Notes: generated by a model from the sequence alone, not told the origin. Shown: positions 9,090-17,699, counted from the stretch's first letter. The stretch is 64,000 nt of DNA from Clostridia bacterium (GCA_017399025.1 JAFQEK010000126.1:3197-67196), one strand, 5' to 3'. Program-made: numbers and translations.

Positions 9090-9118
9090 ATTATATCAGT
9101 TTTTCTGATATTTTTCAA
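9090..9118 (-). promoter_or_regulatory. Sigma-A-type promoter of the HAD-to-NACHT operon.
   Basis: The minus strand reads TTGAAA-17 nt-TATAAT (-35 at 9113-9118, -10 at 9090-9095), about 45 nt upstream of ATG 9044. Confidence 0.6.
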
Positions 9119-9256
9119 GGCAAAGCAAAGAGATTTCGCTGTACTTACCGAAATAAATCGGACGCTTTTTTATCTAAAGGAAAAATTTGAAATCGACACC
9201 GCGTTTTGACATAATTTTTATCAAAAGCATGTTATTCTTACATGTAAAGGATAGCA

Positions 9257-9370
9257 TTTTTTATTCTATAGGAAATTGTTCAAAACCGACCTCGCCGTTT
9301 TGCATTGCCTTGATACAGGAAAAGCTTATGCAGGAGAGCAATTTCCGGTGGGCATTGCCCGCTTTTTATT
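9257..9370 (-). repeat. ~114-nt intergenic element, copy 1. Its orientation is opposite to copies 2 and 3.
   Basis: The reverse complement aligns block by block with 28508-28621 and 50738-50850. The shared blocks are ATAAAAAGCGGGCAATGCCCACCGGA..., CTGTATCAAGGCAATGCAAAACGGCGAGG... and TTTTGAACAATTTCCTATAGAATAAAAAA. Confidence 0.75.
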
Positions 9371-9392
9371 TGCAAAACAGGGAGGATTCAAA

Positions 9393-9713
9393 ATGGAAGA
9401 AGCACTTCGTCTTTCTTACGGGGAAGACACACTGATTGCCTTTTTGGGCGGAGAACTTGACCATCACCGCGCAGTTTCCGTCCGTTCGCGGATCGACGAT
9501 GCTCTGTTCGAGCATTTACCGAAAAAACTCGTGATCGACATCGGACGCGTGGATTTTATGGACAGCTCCGGTCTCGGACTGATTATGGGACGGCTTGCCA
9601 AAACAAAAGAAATCGGCGCAGTTCTGGTTTTACAAAACCCGTCCTCACGCGTTATGCGCATGCTGAAAATGGCAAAGCTTGACCGTATGATCCAAACAAT
9701 CAAAAATCCATGA
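9393..9713 (+). CDS. spoIIAA: Anti-sigma-F factor antagonist SpoIIAA (STAS domain).
   Basis: MEEALRLSYGEDTLIAFLGGELDHHRA...DFMDSSGLGLIMGR is the STAS phospho-Ser motif. The RBS GGGAGGA lies 8 nt before ATG 9393. The gene sits upstream of spoIIAB and sigF. The ORF-track start at 9276 is an upstream extension that reads through the repeat. Confidence 0.9.
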   Translation: MEEALRLSYGEDTLIAFLGGELDHHRAVSVRSRIDDALFEHLPKKLVIDIGRVDFMDSSGLGLIMGRLAKTKEIGAVLVLQNPSSRVMRMLKMAKLDRMIQTIKNP

Positions 9714-9733
9714 TTCAGAAAGGATGTTTATAT

Positions 9734-10186
9734 ATGCCAAAAAAAGCCACAAATGAAATTCGATGCACATTTTTATCAAAATCCGAAAACGAAGCTTTGG
9801 CAAGGAGTATCATTTCCGGTTTTCTTTTGCCGTTGGACCCAACCGTGGACGAACTTGCGGATATTCGCTGTGCAATCAGTGAAGCGGTTACCAATTGCAT
9901 TGTCCACGGTTACCGCGGAACGGAAGGTATGATCATTTTGGGCGCAAAATCCTTTGACGACAGAAGCGTTCGGATCACCGTCATTGACCACGGCTGCGGT
10001 ATTGCAGACGTTGCACAGGCAAGAACGCCGCTTTTCACAACCTGTCCGGATGAGGACCGCTGCGGCATGGGATTTTCCATTATGGAAAGCTTTTCCGACC
10101 GTCTGACCGTTGTTTCCGCGCCCGGAAAAGGCACGCGGATCACGCTCACACGAAAACTGGCTTCACCTCTGAAGGGAAATACATAA
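9734..10186 (+). CDS. spoIIAB: Anti-sigma-F factor / serine kinase SpoIIAB.
   Basis: The HATPase_c motifs ISEAVTNCIVHGY, DHGCGI and GMGFSIM are present. The N-terminus aligns best from MPKKATNEIRCTF (ATG 9734, preceded by GAAAGGA). The alternative start is ATG 9710, which overlaps the spoIIAA stop. Confidence 0.88.
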   Translation: MPKKATNEIRCTFLSKSENEALARSIISGFLLPLDPTVDELADIRCAISEAVTNCIVHGYRGTEGMIILGAKSFDDRSVRITVIDHGCGIADVAQARTPLFTTCPDEDRCGMGFSIMESFSDRLTVVSAPGKGTRITLTRKLASPLKGNT

Positions 10187-10274
10187 CTTCGGAAAAGACA
10201 CTCCGAGATTTCCCCATCGGTAACAAACTCCGAGGAAAGGAGCCCGTTACAAAAATAAAAAACGGATAAAAATC

Positions 10275-11012
10275 ATGCCTGAACGTATGGAAATTGAAAA
10301 AAGCACCGACAATTTGGAATTGATACGGGAAGCCCAATCGGGCAACCGAAACGCCATGGAAAAACTCATTTCCCAAAATATGGGATTGGTAAAAAACGTT
10401 GCAAAACGCTTTATCGGCAGAAATGCGGAATACGAGGATCTTGTTCAGATCGGAACCATCGGTATGCTGAAAGCCGCAAAAAGCTTTGATCTGCAATTCG
10501 GGACCGCTTTTTCCACCTATGCCGTTCCTTTGATCATCGGCGAAATACGCCGTTTTCTCAGAGATGACGGAATGATCAAGGTCAGCCGCGATCTGCGAAA
10601 AAAGGGAACCGTGATCATGAAAGCCAAGGAAGATTTCATCAAAATGCATAGCAGAGAGCCAAAGCTTTCCGAGCTTGCCGAAGCCTGCGGAATGAACCCC
10701 GAAGAAATCGCTTACGCGCTCGATGCTGTTTGCCCTATCTATTCCCTGCAGGAAACGCTCGGAAACGACGAGGATGGCGCCACCTTGGAAGCGCTTACAC
10801 CCGCCAATGAAAACATCATCGAGGAAATGACAGACAAGCTGGCGCTTGCGGAAGCCATTTCCAAGCTTGACCAAAGAAGCCGCCAGATTATCCATCTTCG
10901 TTTTTACAAGGATCTTTCCCAACAGCAGACGGCGGAAATTCTCGGTATTACCCAAGTGAAGGTTTCCCGTGAAGAAAAGAAAATTTTTGAATTTCTGCGG
11001 AAACAATTTTAA
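10275..11012 (+). CDS. sigF: Sporulation sigma factor SigF.
   Basis: The ORF is 245 aa. Region 2 reads NMGLVKNVAKRF...YEDLVQIGTIGMLKAAKSFD and the region 4 HTH reads LSQQQTAEILGITQVKVSREEKK. It is the third gene of the spoIIA operon. Confidence 0.92.
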   Translation: MPERMEIEKSTDNLELIREAQSGNRNAMEKLISQNMGLVKNVAKRFIGRNAEYEDLVQIGTIGMLKAAKSFDLQFGTAFSTYAVPLIIGEIRRFLRDDGMIKVSRDLRKKGTVIMKAKEDFIKMHSREPKLSELAEACGMNPEEIAYALDAVCPIYSLQETLGNDEDGATLEALTPANENIIEEMTDKLALAEAISKLDQRSRQIIHLRFYKDLSQQQTAEILGITQVKVSREEKKIFEFLRKQF

Positions 11013-11068
11013 CTTTCATTTATCCGAAAACGCATTTTCTTGCAGGTAACTAACGGATAGTTTTCAAA

Positions 11069-11112
11069 AATACGGCATATCTCAAAATAGGTATGTCGTA
11101 TTTCTGTATTTG
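11069..11112 (+). terminator. Possible intrinsic terminator after sigF.
   Basis: AATACGGCATA-12 nt-TATGTCGTATT forms an 11-bp stem with one G-U pair, followed by TCTGTATTTGTG. The stem is AU-rich, so this is a weak call. Confidence 0.35.
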
Positions 11113-11129
11113 TGTCTACAAATGCAGTG

Positions 11130-11300
11130 CTTGTCAGGAAAAATGACAAGTCATAGATGAACAAAAGAAAAGGCTCCCTTGTACAAAGGGAGCTGACGCC
11201 GAAGGCGGCTGAGAGATTATTTTTGAGTAATTTAGAACTTTACAATCCCTCCGTTACGGCAAGCCGTGCCACCTCCCTTTACACAAGGGAGGCTTTTTCT
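11130..11300 (+). repeat. Hairpin-rich intergenic element (at least four stem-loops) ending in a terminator-like hairpin.
   Basis: The stem-loops are CTTGTCA-7-TGACAAG (about 11130-11150), GCTCCCTT-GTACA-AAGGGAGC (11173-11193), GCCG-AAGG-CGGC (11198-11209) and CCTCCCTT-TACAC-AAGGGAGG (11272-11292), the last followed by CTTTTTCT. Two of the stems share the arm CTCCCTT/AAGGGAG. The 74-aa ORF 11157-11381 is just a read-through of these hairpins. Confidence 0.55.
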
Positions 11301-11385
11301 ACCTCCCGGAAGGTAAAAGGTAAGCAAAAAGAGTTTTGGTTCGTAGCCATCTTTCCATACTCCTTGCCCTGCAAGGTATAGTGTG

Positions 11386-11961
11386 TTATGCCAAATAACT
11401 TGATACAATTTGTTTTGTCAACTCGAAATTCAAGTTGGGAAGAATTTCTGACAAGATTTCTTTTCCCTCGATTACTTTTCCCTCCTCGCATAACACAACA
11501 CCGGTTAAAAGTGCGAGAGTATTCTTCATTTCTTCGGTCGGCTCTATTTTTTCTTTATAAAGCTTCATTTGTTCAATATCTTTTTGCAGAACGTAATATA
11601 TACCGATCCAACAGTACTTTAAATTTTGTTGTTGTTCAAGCTTGTTTATGTGATCCCAAAACATATCGTATTTTGATAATCCCAAATAAGATATAGCAAG
11701 CCAAACATGAAAGGCTTCCATTTCCAGCTTTGTGCGTTTAACGCGGTATAATTTGTAACTACGTGTATAATATGTGATCAACTTGTTCGCAAGAAAAATC
11801 GATTTTTCATAATCGCCAGATTGACACAGCTTTTTCATTGAATTTATTTGTTTTGTTTTAACAATAGCCGTGAGCAGCACAGTAGCAGGAAGAATAACAA
11901 CAATAAAAATCAACAATGGTGCAAGATGAACTGTTGTATTTCCTATTTCGAAAGAAAGCAT
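11386..11961 (-). CDS. Hypothetical membrane-anchored protein (one N-terminal TM, helical-repeat-like remainder).
   Basis: The ORF is 191 aa. The N-terminal hydrophobic helix is LAPLLIFIVVILPATVLLTAIV, and the rest is helix-rich and Lys/Tyr/Leu-rich. The DNA is visibly AT-richer than its neighbours. I recognise no family motif. Confidence 0.5.
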   Translation of the reverse strand: MLSFEIGNTTVHLAPLLIFIVVILPATVLLTAIVKTKQINSMKKLCQSGDYEKSIFLANKLITYYTRSYKLYRVKRTKLEMEAFHVWLAISYLGLSKYDMFWDHINKLEQQQNLKYCWIGIYYVLQKDIEQMKLYKEKIEPTEEMKNTLALLTGVVLCEEGKVIEGKEILSEILPNLNFELTKQIVSSYLA

Positions 11962-11993
11962 AAACCCTCCTTATCTGCCTTGGATTTTTATTT

Positions 11994-12386
11994 TCAAGAC
12001 AAACGGAACCCATTCGGCAAAAGTGCACCGAGCGTGGTTTCCGTATAATGGTCTTCAGTTCCTCCGCAAAGAACGATCAGATTTTCATCGCAAAATTCAT
12101 ACAAAACCTGTCTGCAAACACCGCAAGGTGTGGTCGTACTCTCTTCGGGCCCGACAATCGCAATGGCAATAAAATCCCTCACACCCTCGGAAACCGCTTT
12201 CGCAACCGCGCATCGTTCCGCGCAAAGAGTAGGGGAATAGGCAGAATTTTCGATATTGCAACCGGTAAAAATTCTTCCGTTCGCGCTCAGAAGCGCCGCA
12301 CCCACATGGAAATTGGAAAAGGGCGCATATGAAAATTTTCTTACTTCCATTGCCGCATGAAGCAAAGCTTTCCGATCAAAATTCAT
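11994..12386 (-). CDS. cdd: Cytidine deaminase.
   Basis: The ORF is 130 aa and carries the zinc motifs CAERCAV and PCGVCRQ. Confidence 0.92.
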   Translation of the reverse strand: MNFDRKALLHAAMEVRKFSYAPFSNFHVGAALLSANGRIFTGCNIENSAYSPTLCAERCAVAKAVSEGVRDFIAIAIVGPEESTTTPCGVCRQVLYEFCDENLIVLCGGTEDHYTETTLGALLPNGFRLS

Positions 12387-13549
12387 TTTATCAAAACCTC
12401 TTTGAAGCTCTCGCCGTTCAGATCATAAGGAATGTCGAGCAAATCGGCAACCGTTGCCGCAACGTCCGAAAAAGATTCTCTCTCTCCGATATTCACGGGA
12501 TTAACGGCTTTTCCGTATACCAAGAGAGGCACGTTTTCTCTCGTATGATCCGTTCCCTTGTAGCCGGGATCGCAACCGTGATCTGCCGTAATCATCAGAA
12601 TATCGTCCTCACGTAAGCCACGGATAAAGCCGTCCAGCCACGTGTCAAGACGCATAACCGCCTCCGCATATCCCTTAGCATTGCGGCGGTGTCCGAAAAC
12701 CGTATCAAAATCCACGAAATTCACAAAGCAAAGTCCGTGAAAATCTCTGTCCAGAAGCGAAGACATGATTTCCATACCCTCGTCATTGCTGCCCGTACGA
12801 ATGGCTTCGGAAATACCGACACCCGCAAAAATATCGTTGATCTTTCCCACAGCGATGGTATCCAGACCGTGCTTTTGCAAAAGCTGTAAAACCGTTGTTT
12901 TCGGTGGAACGGCAGAATAATCATGTCTGTCTGCCGTGCGCTGATAAGGGTATTCTCCGATAAATGGGCGGGCAATCACTCTGCCCACACAATGCTCGCC
13001 GGAAAGCATTTCTCTTGCCATCTCACAGCAACGATAAAGCTCTGTAAGAGGAATTACGTCCGTATGCGCGGCAATCTGCATAACGCTGTCCACAGAAGTA
13101 TAAACGATCAGACCACCCGTTTCTCTCTGCTCGGCGGCATAATCCTTGATTACCTCCGTACCGGAATAAGCTTTGTTGCAAAGCACTTTCCTTCCCGTCC
13201 GATATTCAAATTCTTCTATGATCTCGGGCGGAAATCCATTCGGATATGTCGGGAGAGGTTCTTCGGAACGAATTCCCGCAAGCTCCCAGTGCCCGATCGT
13301 ACTGTCTTTTCCTTCCGATTGTTCACAAACTCTGGCATAAGCGCCGATCGGCTCTGCCTTGGAAAAGCTGTGGTCCGTACCGTTGATATGAAACAGTCCG
13401 AGACTGTCCAGAGCGGGAACGGAAAAGCCTTCCACACGCATCAAAGACCGCAAGGTATCACACCCTTCATCTCCGAACCGAGCCGCATCCTTTGCGCCTC
13501 CAATACCAAAACTATCCATAACCATCAAAAAAATACGTTTGGTTTTCAT
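12383..13549 (-). CDS. deoB: Phosphopentomutase.
   Basis: The ORF is 388 aa. It has the MVMDSFGIGGAKDA N-terminus, the TADHGCDP motif and the typical length. It overlaps cdd by 4 nt. Confidence 0.92.
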   Translation of the reverse strand: MKTKRIFLMVMDSFGIGGAKDAARFGDEGCDTLRSLMRVEGFSVPALDSLGLFHINGTDHSFSKAEPIGAYARVCEQSEGKDSTIGHWELAGIRSEEPLPTYPNGFPPEIIEEFEYRTGRKVLCNKAYSGTEVIKDYAAEQRETGGLIVYTSVDSVMQIAAHTDVIPLTELYRCCEMAREMLSGEHCVGRVIARPFIGEYPYQRTADRHDYSAVPPKTTVLQLLQKHGLDTIAVGKINDIFAGVGISEAIRTGSNDEGMEIMSSLLDRDFHGLCFVNFVDFDTVFGHRRNAKGYAEAVMRLDTWLDGFIRGLREDDILMITADHGCDPGYKGTDHTRENVPLLVYGKAVNPVNIGERESFSDVAATVADLLDIPYDLNGESFKEVLIK

Positions 13550-13663
13550 AGCATTTTCATTCCTTTTTACGATTCAAAAATCAAGTCCATCTATATTATA
13601 TCATTATTCCCCATATTTTGCAAGCAAAAATCAATCTTTTTCCATCAAGTTTCAAGATTAAAA

Positions 13664-13693
13664 TTGACAATCTCACCGCTTTCGATGTATAAT
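13664..13693 (+). promoter_or_regulatory. Sigma-A-type promoter of the ABC-F gene.
   Basis: The sequence is TTGACA (13664-13669), an 18-nt spacer, then TATAAT (13688-13693) with TG immediately upstream. It lies 57 nt before ATG 13750. Confidence 0.6.
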
Positions 13694-13749
13694 AATAAAA
13701 AGCGGTTCTTTTTCCGCTGATATCAATCAAAAGATAGGAATATAAAAGA

Positions 13750-15684
13750 ATGACCATACTCAGCGTAAGCGATATCCGTCTGGAATACGGAACGGATATC
13801 ATTTTACAAAAAATAAATTTTTCTGTCAATGAGGGCGACCGCCTTGGCATTGTCGGTGTCAACGGCGCAGGAAAATCCACTCTTTTGCGCATTATTGCGG
13901 GAACCACGGAGCCGAGCGGCGGCAATATTTTCATTGCCAAGGGAAAATCGATCGGTATGTTGGAACAAAACGCCATGCTGGAAAGTGACAAAACCCTCAT
14001 AGCGGAAATGGAAAGCGCATTCCCCGAATGCAAAAGAATCGAAACCCGTCTTGCTAAACTTCAATCGGAAATCGAAGCCGACACCTCAGCTTCCCACGGA
14101 GAAGCCTACGAACGCCTCATTTCAGAATTTACCAATCTCACAGAAAAATTCAAGGAAATCGGCGGTTACGAATATCAATCCCGTATCCGTTCCATGCTCA
14201 CACGCTTCGGTTTTCCCGAATCGGAGCAAGAAAAAACCATTGATACCTTGAGCGGAGGCGAACGAACAAGGCTTGCGTTAGTCCGCCTGCTGCTTGTCGA
14301 ACCGGACATCTTAATCCTCGACGAGCCGACTAACCACCTGGATACGGATACGCTTTACTGGTTGGAAGAACATTTGCGCGCCTATCCGAAAACCTTGCTT
14401 CTCGTTTCTCACGACCGTTATTTTCTGGATCGCACAGCCACAAAAATTCTGGATATCGAAAACACCAAAGCGGAGCTTTACAACGGAAATTACAGTGCAT
14501 TCGCCACACAAAAAACTGAAGCAAGAAAGCGCCTTCAAAAAATGTACGATCTTCAGCAAAAAGAAATCGCCCGCATTGAAGGCATTATTCAGACACAGAT
14601 TCATTTCGGTCAGGAACACAACTATATTACGATCGCAAGCAAAAAGAAACAAATCGAGCACATGGAAAAAATCGATGCGCCTGAGCGCGCACCCGGAAGC
14701 ATCCGACTTGCCTTTGCGGAAGCTGCCGAAAGCGGAAATGACGTTCTGGAAGCAGACGGACTTTCCAAATCCTTCGGCAACCGCCGCCTGTTCTCCGATC
14801 TTTCGTTCATGATCAAAAAACGTGACCACGTCATCATCATGGGACCGAACGGTTGCGGAAAATCCACGCTGATTAAGGTACTCGGCGGCTTTACGGAAGC
14901 GGACAGCGGTGTGATCGAATACGGAACGGGCGTGATTGCAGGATATTACGATCAGGAGCAACAAACACTTGACGAAAACAAAACCGTTCTCGAAGAATTG
15001 TGCAGCGCACACGAAAAGCTGACCATCACACAAATCCGAACCGCGCTCGCAGGCTTTCTCTTTTTCGCGGAAGATATCGAGAAAAAGGTCTCCGTCCTGT
15101 CGGGCGGTGAAAAAGCGCGTCTTATGCTCTGTAAAATGATCCTCTCCAAGGTCAATCTCCTGATTCTGGACGAACCTACCAACCATTTGGACATCGCCTC
15201 GCGCGAAGCCCTGGAAAACGCACTCCTTTCTTTCGGAGGAACCATCGTTGCGGTTTCACATGACCGTTACTTTATGAAAAAGCTTGCAACCCGTATTTTT
15301 GACCTTTCGAACGGTTTTTATGACTATCATGGTTCCTTTGACGAATATTTAGAATTCAAGGAGAACCATCGGATTGCCGTACAAACCGCAGTCAAAGCCG
15401 AAAAGCAGGAATCCGAAGGAAAAATCAAATATAATGAAGCAAAAAAACTGACCTCGGAAATACGAAAAGCAGAAAAACGCATAGAACGCGCAGAGAATGA
15501 AATCGAATGTCTGGAGGAAGAAAAATCCGTTCTGGAAGAAGAAATGAATTCTTCTGCGGCAACCGATTATGTTCGTCTTTCCGAAATTTCGGAAAGAATT
15601 TCTGAAATCGATGCCCGAATCGATGCGCTGTTCTCCGATATGGAAGAAGCAGAAGCGTTTCTTGCCGAATATAAAAATCCGTAA
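13750..15684 (+). CDS. ABC-F family ATPase (Uup/YdiF-like, two NBDs and a C-terminal coiled coil).
   Basis: Walker A motifs are GVNGAGKST and GPNGCGKST, each followed by an LSGGE signature, and there are no TM segments. The C-terminal tail is Glu/Lys-rich. Confidence 0.9.
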   Translation: MTILSVSDIRLEYGTDIILQKINFSVNEGDRLGIVGVNGAGKSTLLRIIAGTTEPSGGNIFIAKGKSIGMLEQNAMLESDKTLIAEMESAFPECKRIETRLAKLQSEIEADTSASHGEAYERLISEFTNLTEKFKEIGGYEYQSRIRSMLTRFGFPESEQEKTIDTLSGGERTRLALVRLLLVEPDILILDEPTNHLDTDTLYWLEEHLRAYPKTLLLVSHDRYFLDRTATKILDIENTKAELYNGNYSAFATQKTEARKRLQKMYDLQQKEIARIEGIIQTQIHFGQEHNYITIASKKKQIEHMEKIDAPERAPGSIRLAFAEAAESGNDVLEADGLSKSFGNRRLFSDLSFMIKKRDHVIIMGPNGCGKSTLIKVLGGFTEADSGVIEYGTGVIAGYYDQEQQTLDENKTVLEELCSAHEKLTITQIRTALAGFLFFAEDIEKKVSVLSGGEKARLMLCKMILSKVNLLILDEPTNHLDIASREALENALLSFGGTIVAVSHDRYFMKKLATRIFDLSNGFYDYHGSFDEYLEFKENHRIAVQTAVKAEKQESEGKIKYNEAKKLTSEIRKAEKRIERAENEIECLEEEKSVLEEEMNSSAATDYVRLSEISERISEIDARIDALFSDMEEAEAFLAEYKNP

Positions 15685-15725
15685 ACACGATTCTTCAAAT
15701 ATAACGATAATAAGGAAATGATTGT

Positions 15726-16973
15726 ATGAATGCAAAAAAAATCGCCGTCATCGGAGGCGGTGCCGCCGGTATGCTTGCCGCCGGTCAAGCGGCTAAACTC
15801 GGTGCTGACGTTACCCTGTTTGAACGCAATTCCCTGCTGGGCAAAAAGCTGGGTATCACCGGCAAAGGACGTTGCAATGTTACCAACAATTGCACACCGG
15901 AAGAATTTATCAAAAACATCACAGCAAACGGAAAATTTCTCTATTCCGCAATCAACCGTTTTTCTCCTGCCGACACCATGGCATTTTTTGAATCGCTCGG
16001 TGTTCCTTTGAAAACCGAACGCGGTAATCGCGTATTTCCCGTTTCGGACAACGCCGTGGATATCGTGTTGGCACTCAAAAAATTCTGCTTGCAAAACGGT
16101 GTGCGCATCGTAACCGAGCGCGTAACTGATTGGATGAGAAATGAAGACGGTACCCTTGCGGGTATTATTTCTGAAAAACAAAAACACATCGGATTCGATG
16201 CTTTTATTCTCTGTACCGGCGGTGTTTCATATCCCATCACGGGTTCAACGGGCGACGGTTACCGATTGGCGCAATCCGTGGGACACACCGTAAAGCCACC
16301 GATTCCTTCGTTGGTCGGTTTGACCTCCGACAGTGAAATCTGCGCCGCTTCCATGGGACTTGCTCTGAAAAACGTTGCCATTCAGGTAACGGATACCATG
16401 AAAAAGAAAGTCATTTACAAGGATTTCGGAGAAATGCTCTTTTGCCATTTCGGAATCAGCGGTCCCATGATTCTTTCCGCTTCGGCACATCTGCGTCCGA
16501 TGGAAAAAGACCGTTACAGCATTTCCATCGATCTGAAACCCGCTCTGGATATGCAAACCTTGGATAAACGTCTGCTTGCCGATTTTGAAAAAAATAAAAA
16601 CCGCAATTTTGCCAATGCCTTTGATGCACTTCTGCCCGCCAAACTGCGCGAACCTTTCATCAAGCTTACGAGAATTGCACCGGAGAAAAAAATCAATGCC
16701 GTAACCGCCGAAGAACGGCGCCGTGTGGCAACGCTGATCAAAGGTCTGCCGGTTTCCGTTACGGGCTTCCGTCCCATTACCGAAGCCATCGTAACAAGCG
16801 GCGGCATTGCCGTCAAGGAAATCGAACCTCAGACCATGCGTTCCAAAAAAATGCCAAATCTGTATTTTGCGGGCGAAGTCATGGATCTCGATGCCTATAC
16901 GGGAGGGTTTAATCTTCAGATCGCGTTTGCTACGGCTTACACAGCCGCCATTGCCGCCTCTTCCGATTCATAA
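15726..16973 (+). CDS. NAD(P)/FAD-dependent oxidoreductase, HI0933/YhiN (BaiN-like) family.
   Basis: The ORF is 415 aa. It carries the IAVIGGGAAGMLAA dinucleotide fold, GKKLGITGKGRCNVTN and a C-terminal FAGEVMDLDAYTGGFNLQ. Confidence 0.85.
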   Translation: MNAKKIAVIGGGAAGMLAAGQAAKLGADVTLFERNSLLGKKLGITGKGRCNVTNNCTPEEFIKNITANGKFLYSAINRFSPADTMAFFESLGVPLKTERGNRVFPVSDNAVDIVLALKKFCLQNGVRIVTERVTDWMRNEDGTLAGIISEKQKHIGFDAFILCTGGVSYPITGSTGDGYRLAQSVGHTVKPPIPSLVGLTSDSEICAASMGLALKNVAIQVTDTMKKKVIYKDFGEMLFCHFGISGPMILSASAHLRPMEKDRYSISIDLKPALDMQTLDKRLLADFEKNKNRNFANAFDALLPAKLREPFIKLTRIAPEKKINAVTAEERRRVATLIKGLPVSVTGFRPITEAIVTSGGIAVKEIEPQTMRSKKMPNLYFAGEVMDLDAYTGGFNLQIAFATAYTAAIAASSDS

Positions 16974-17016
16974 AAATAAAATATTTATATAAATGTTTAA
17001 GAAAGGACTGTTTCTC

Positions 17017-17682
17017 ATGATCAATATTGCACTGGATGGCCCCTCCGGCGCGGGAAAAAGCACGCTTGCAAAAGTACTCGCAGCCAAACTCGGTTACATT
17101 TATACCGATACGGGAGCCATGTACCGAACCATCGGGCTTGCCGCAAAACGCGCGGGAATCTCTCCCAAAAATAAGGAAGCCATCATCGGAATGCTCCCTT
17201 TTGTCAAAATTTCGCTCGGCTTTGAAAACGGCGAACAGAAAATTTATCTGGATGGAGAAGATGTCGGCGGACTGATCCGTACCAATGAAATTTCCGCTTA
17301 TGCTTCCAAAGTTTCAGCCATTCCTGAAGTCCGTGCGCATCTGCTTTCCCTGCAACGCACCATTGCCGCCGAAAATAACGTTATCATGGACGGACGCGAT
17401 ATCGGAACCGTGATTCTTCCGCACGCGCAGGTGAAATTTTTTGTAACCGTTTCCGATCGGGAACGCGCACGCCGCCGTTATCTCGAACTGATCGCCAAAG
17501 GCGAAAACACAACCGAACAAGAGGTTTATGAATCCATGAAGGCGCGTGATCTTCAGGACAGCACGAGAGAAATTGCCCCGGCCGTTCCTGCCGAAGATGC
17601 CATTTTCCTTGATAATTCCGGCGATTTTGACTCCGTGATTGAAACCGCGCTTGAAATCATCCAAAGAAAAACTCAAAATTAA
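17017..17682 (+). CDS. cmk: Cytidylate kinase.
   Basis: The N-terminus is MINIALDGPSGAGKSTLAK...DTGAMYR. AAAGGA lies 9 nt upstream of ATG 17017. The ORF-track start at 16993 adds 8 aa. Confidence 0.92.
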   Translation: MINIALDGPSGAGKSTLAKVLAAKLGYIYTDTGAMYRTIGLAAKRAGISPKNKEAIIGMLPFVKISLGFENGEQKIYLDGEDVGGLIRTNEISAYASKVSAIPEVRAHLLSLQRTIAAENNVIMDGRDIGTVILPHAQVKFFVTVSDRERARRRYLELIAKGENTTEQEVYESMKARDLQDSTREIAPAVPAEDAIFLDNSGDFDSVIETALEIIQRKTQN

Positions 17683-17699
17683 GAAAGGACCTTGTTACC

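Noticed and set aside
9276-9392. The upstream extension of spoIIAA (TTG 9276) given by the ORF track. The analogous extension of murE runs from 26844 to 27032.
   Set aside because: The spoIIAA extension reads through the intergenic repeat and lacks an RBS, whereas ATG 9393 has GGGAGGA 8 nt upstream. The murE extension overlaps the PBP gene, whereas ATG 27033 has GGAGGA upstream and gives the normal MurE N-terminus.
10187-10274. The 88-nt spacer between spoIIAB and sigF. It has a direct repeat of ACTCCGAG (10200-10207 and 10227-10234) and a strong SD-like GGAAAGGAG with no start codon at proper spacing.
   Set aside because: The repeat is too short to distinguish from chance. No ORF or convincing hairpin is associated with it, and the sigF N-terminus from ATG 10275 aligns normally.
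10146-11006. A 286-aa minus-strand ORF.
   Set aside because: It is exactly antisense to sigF, which has unmistakable sigma-70 region 2 and 4 motifs. This is a shadow ORF.
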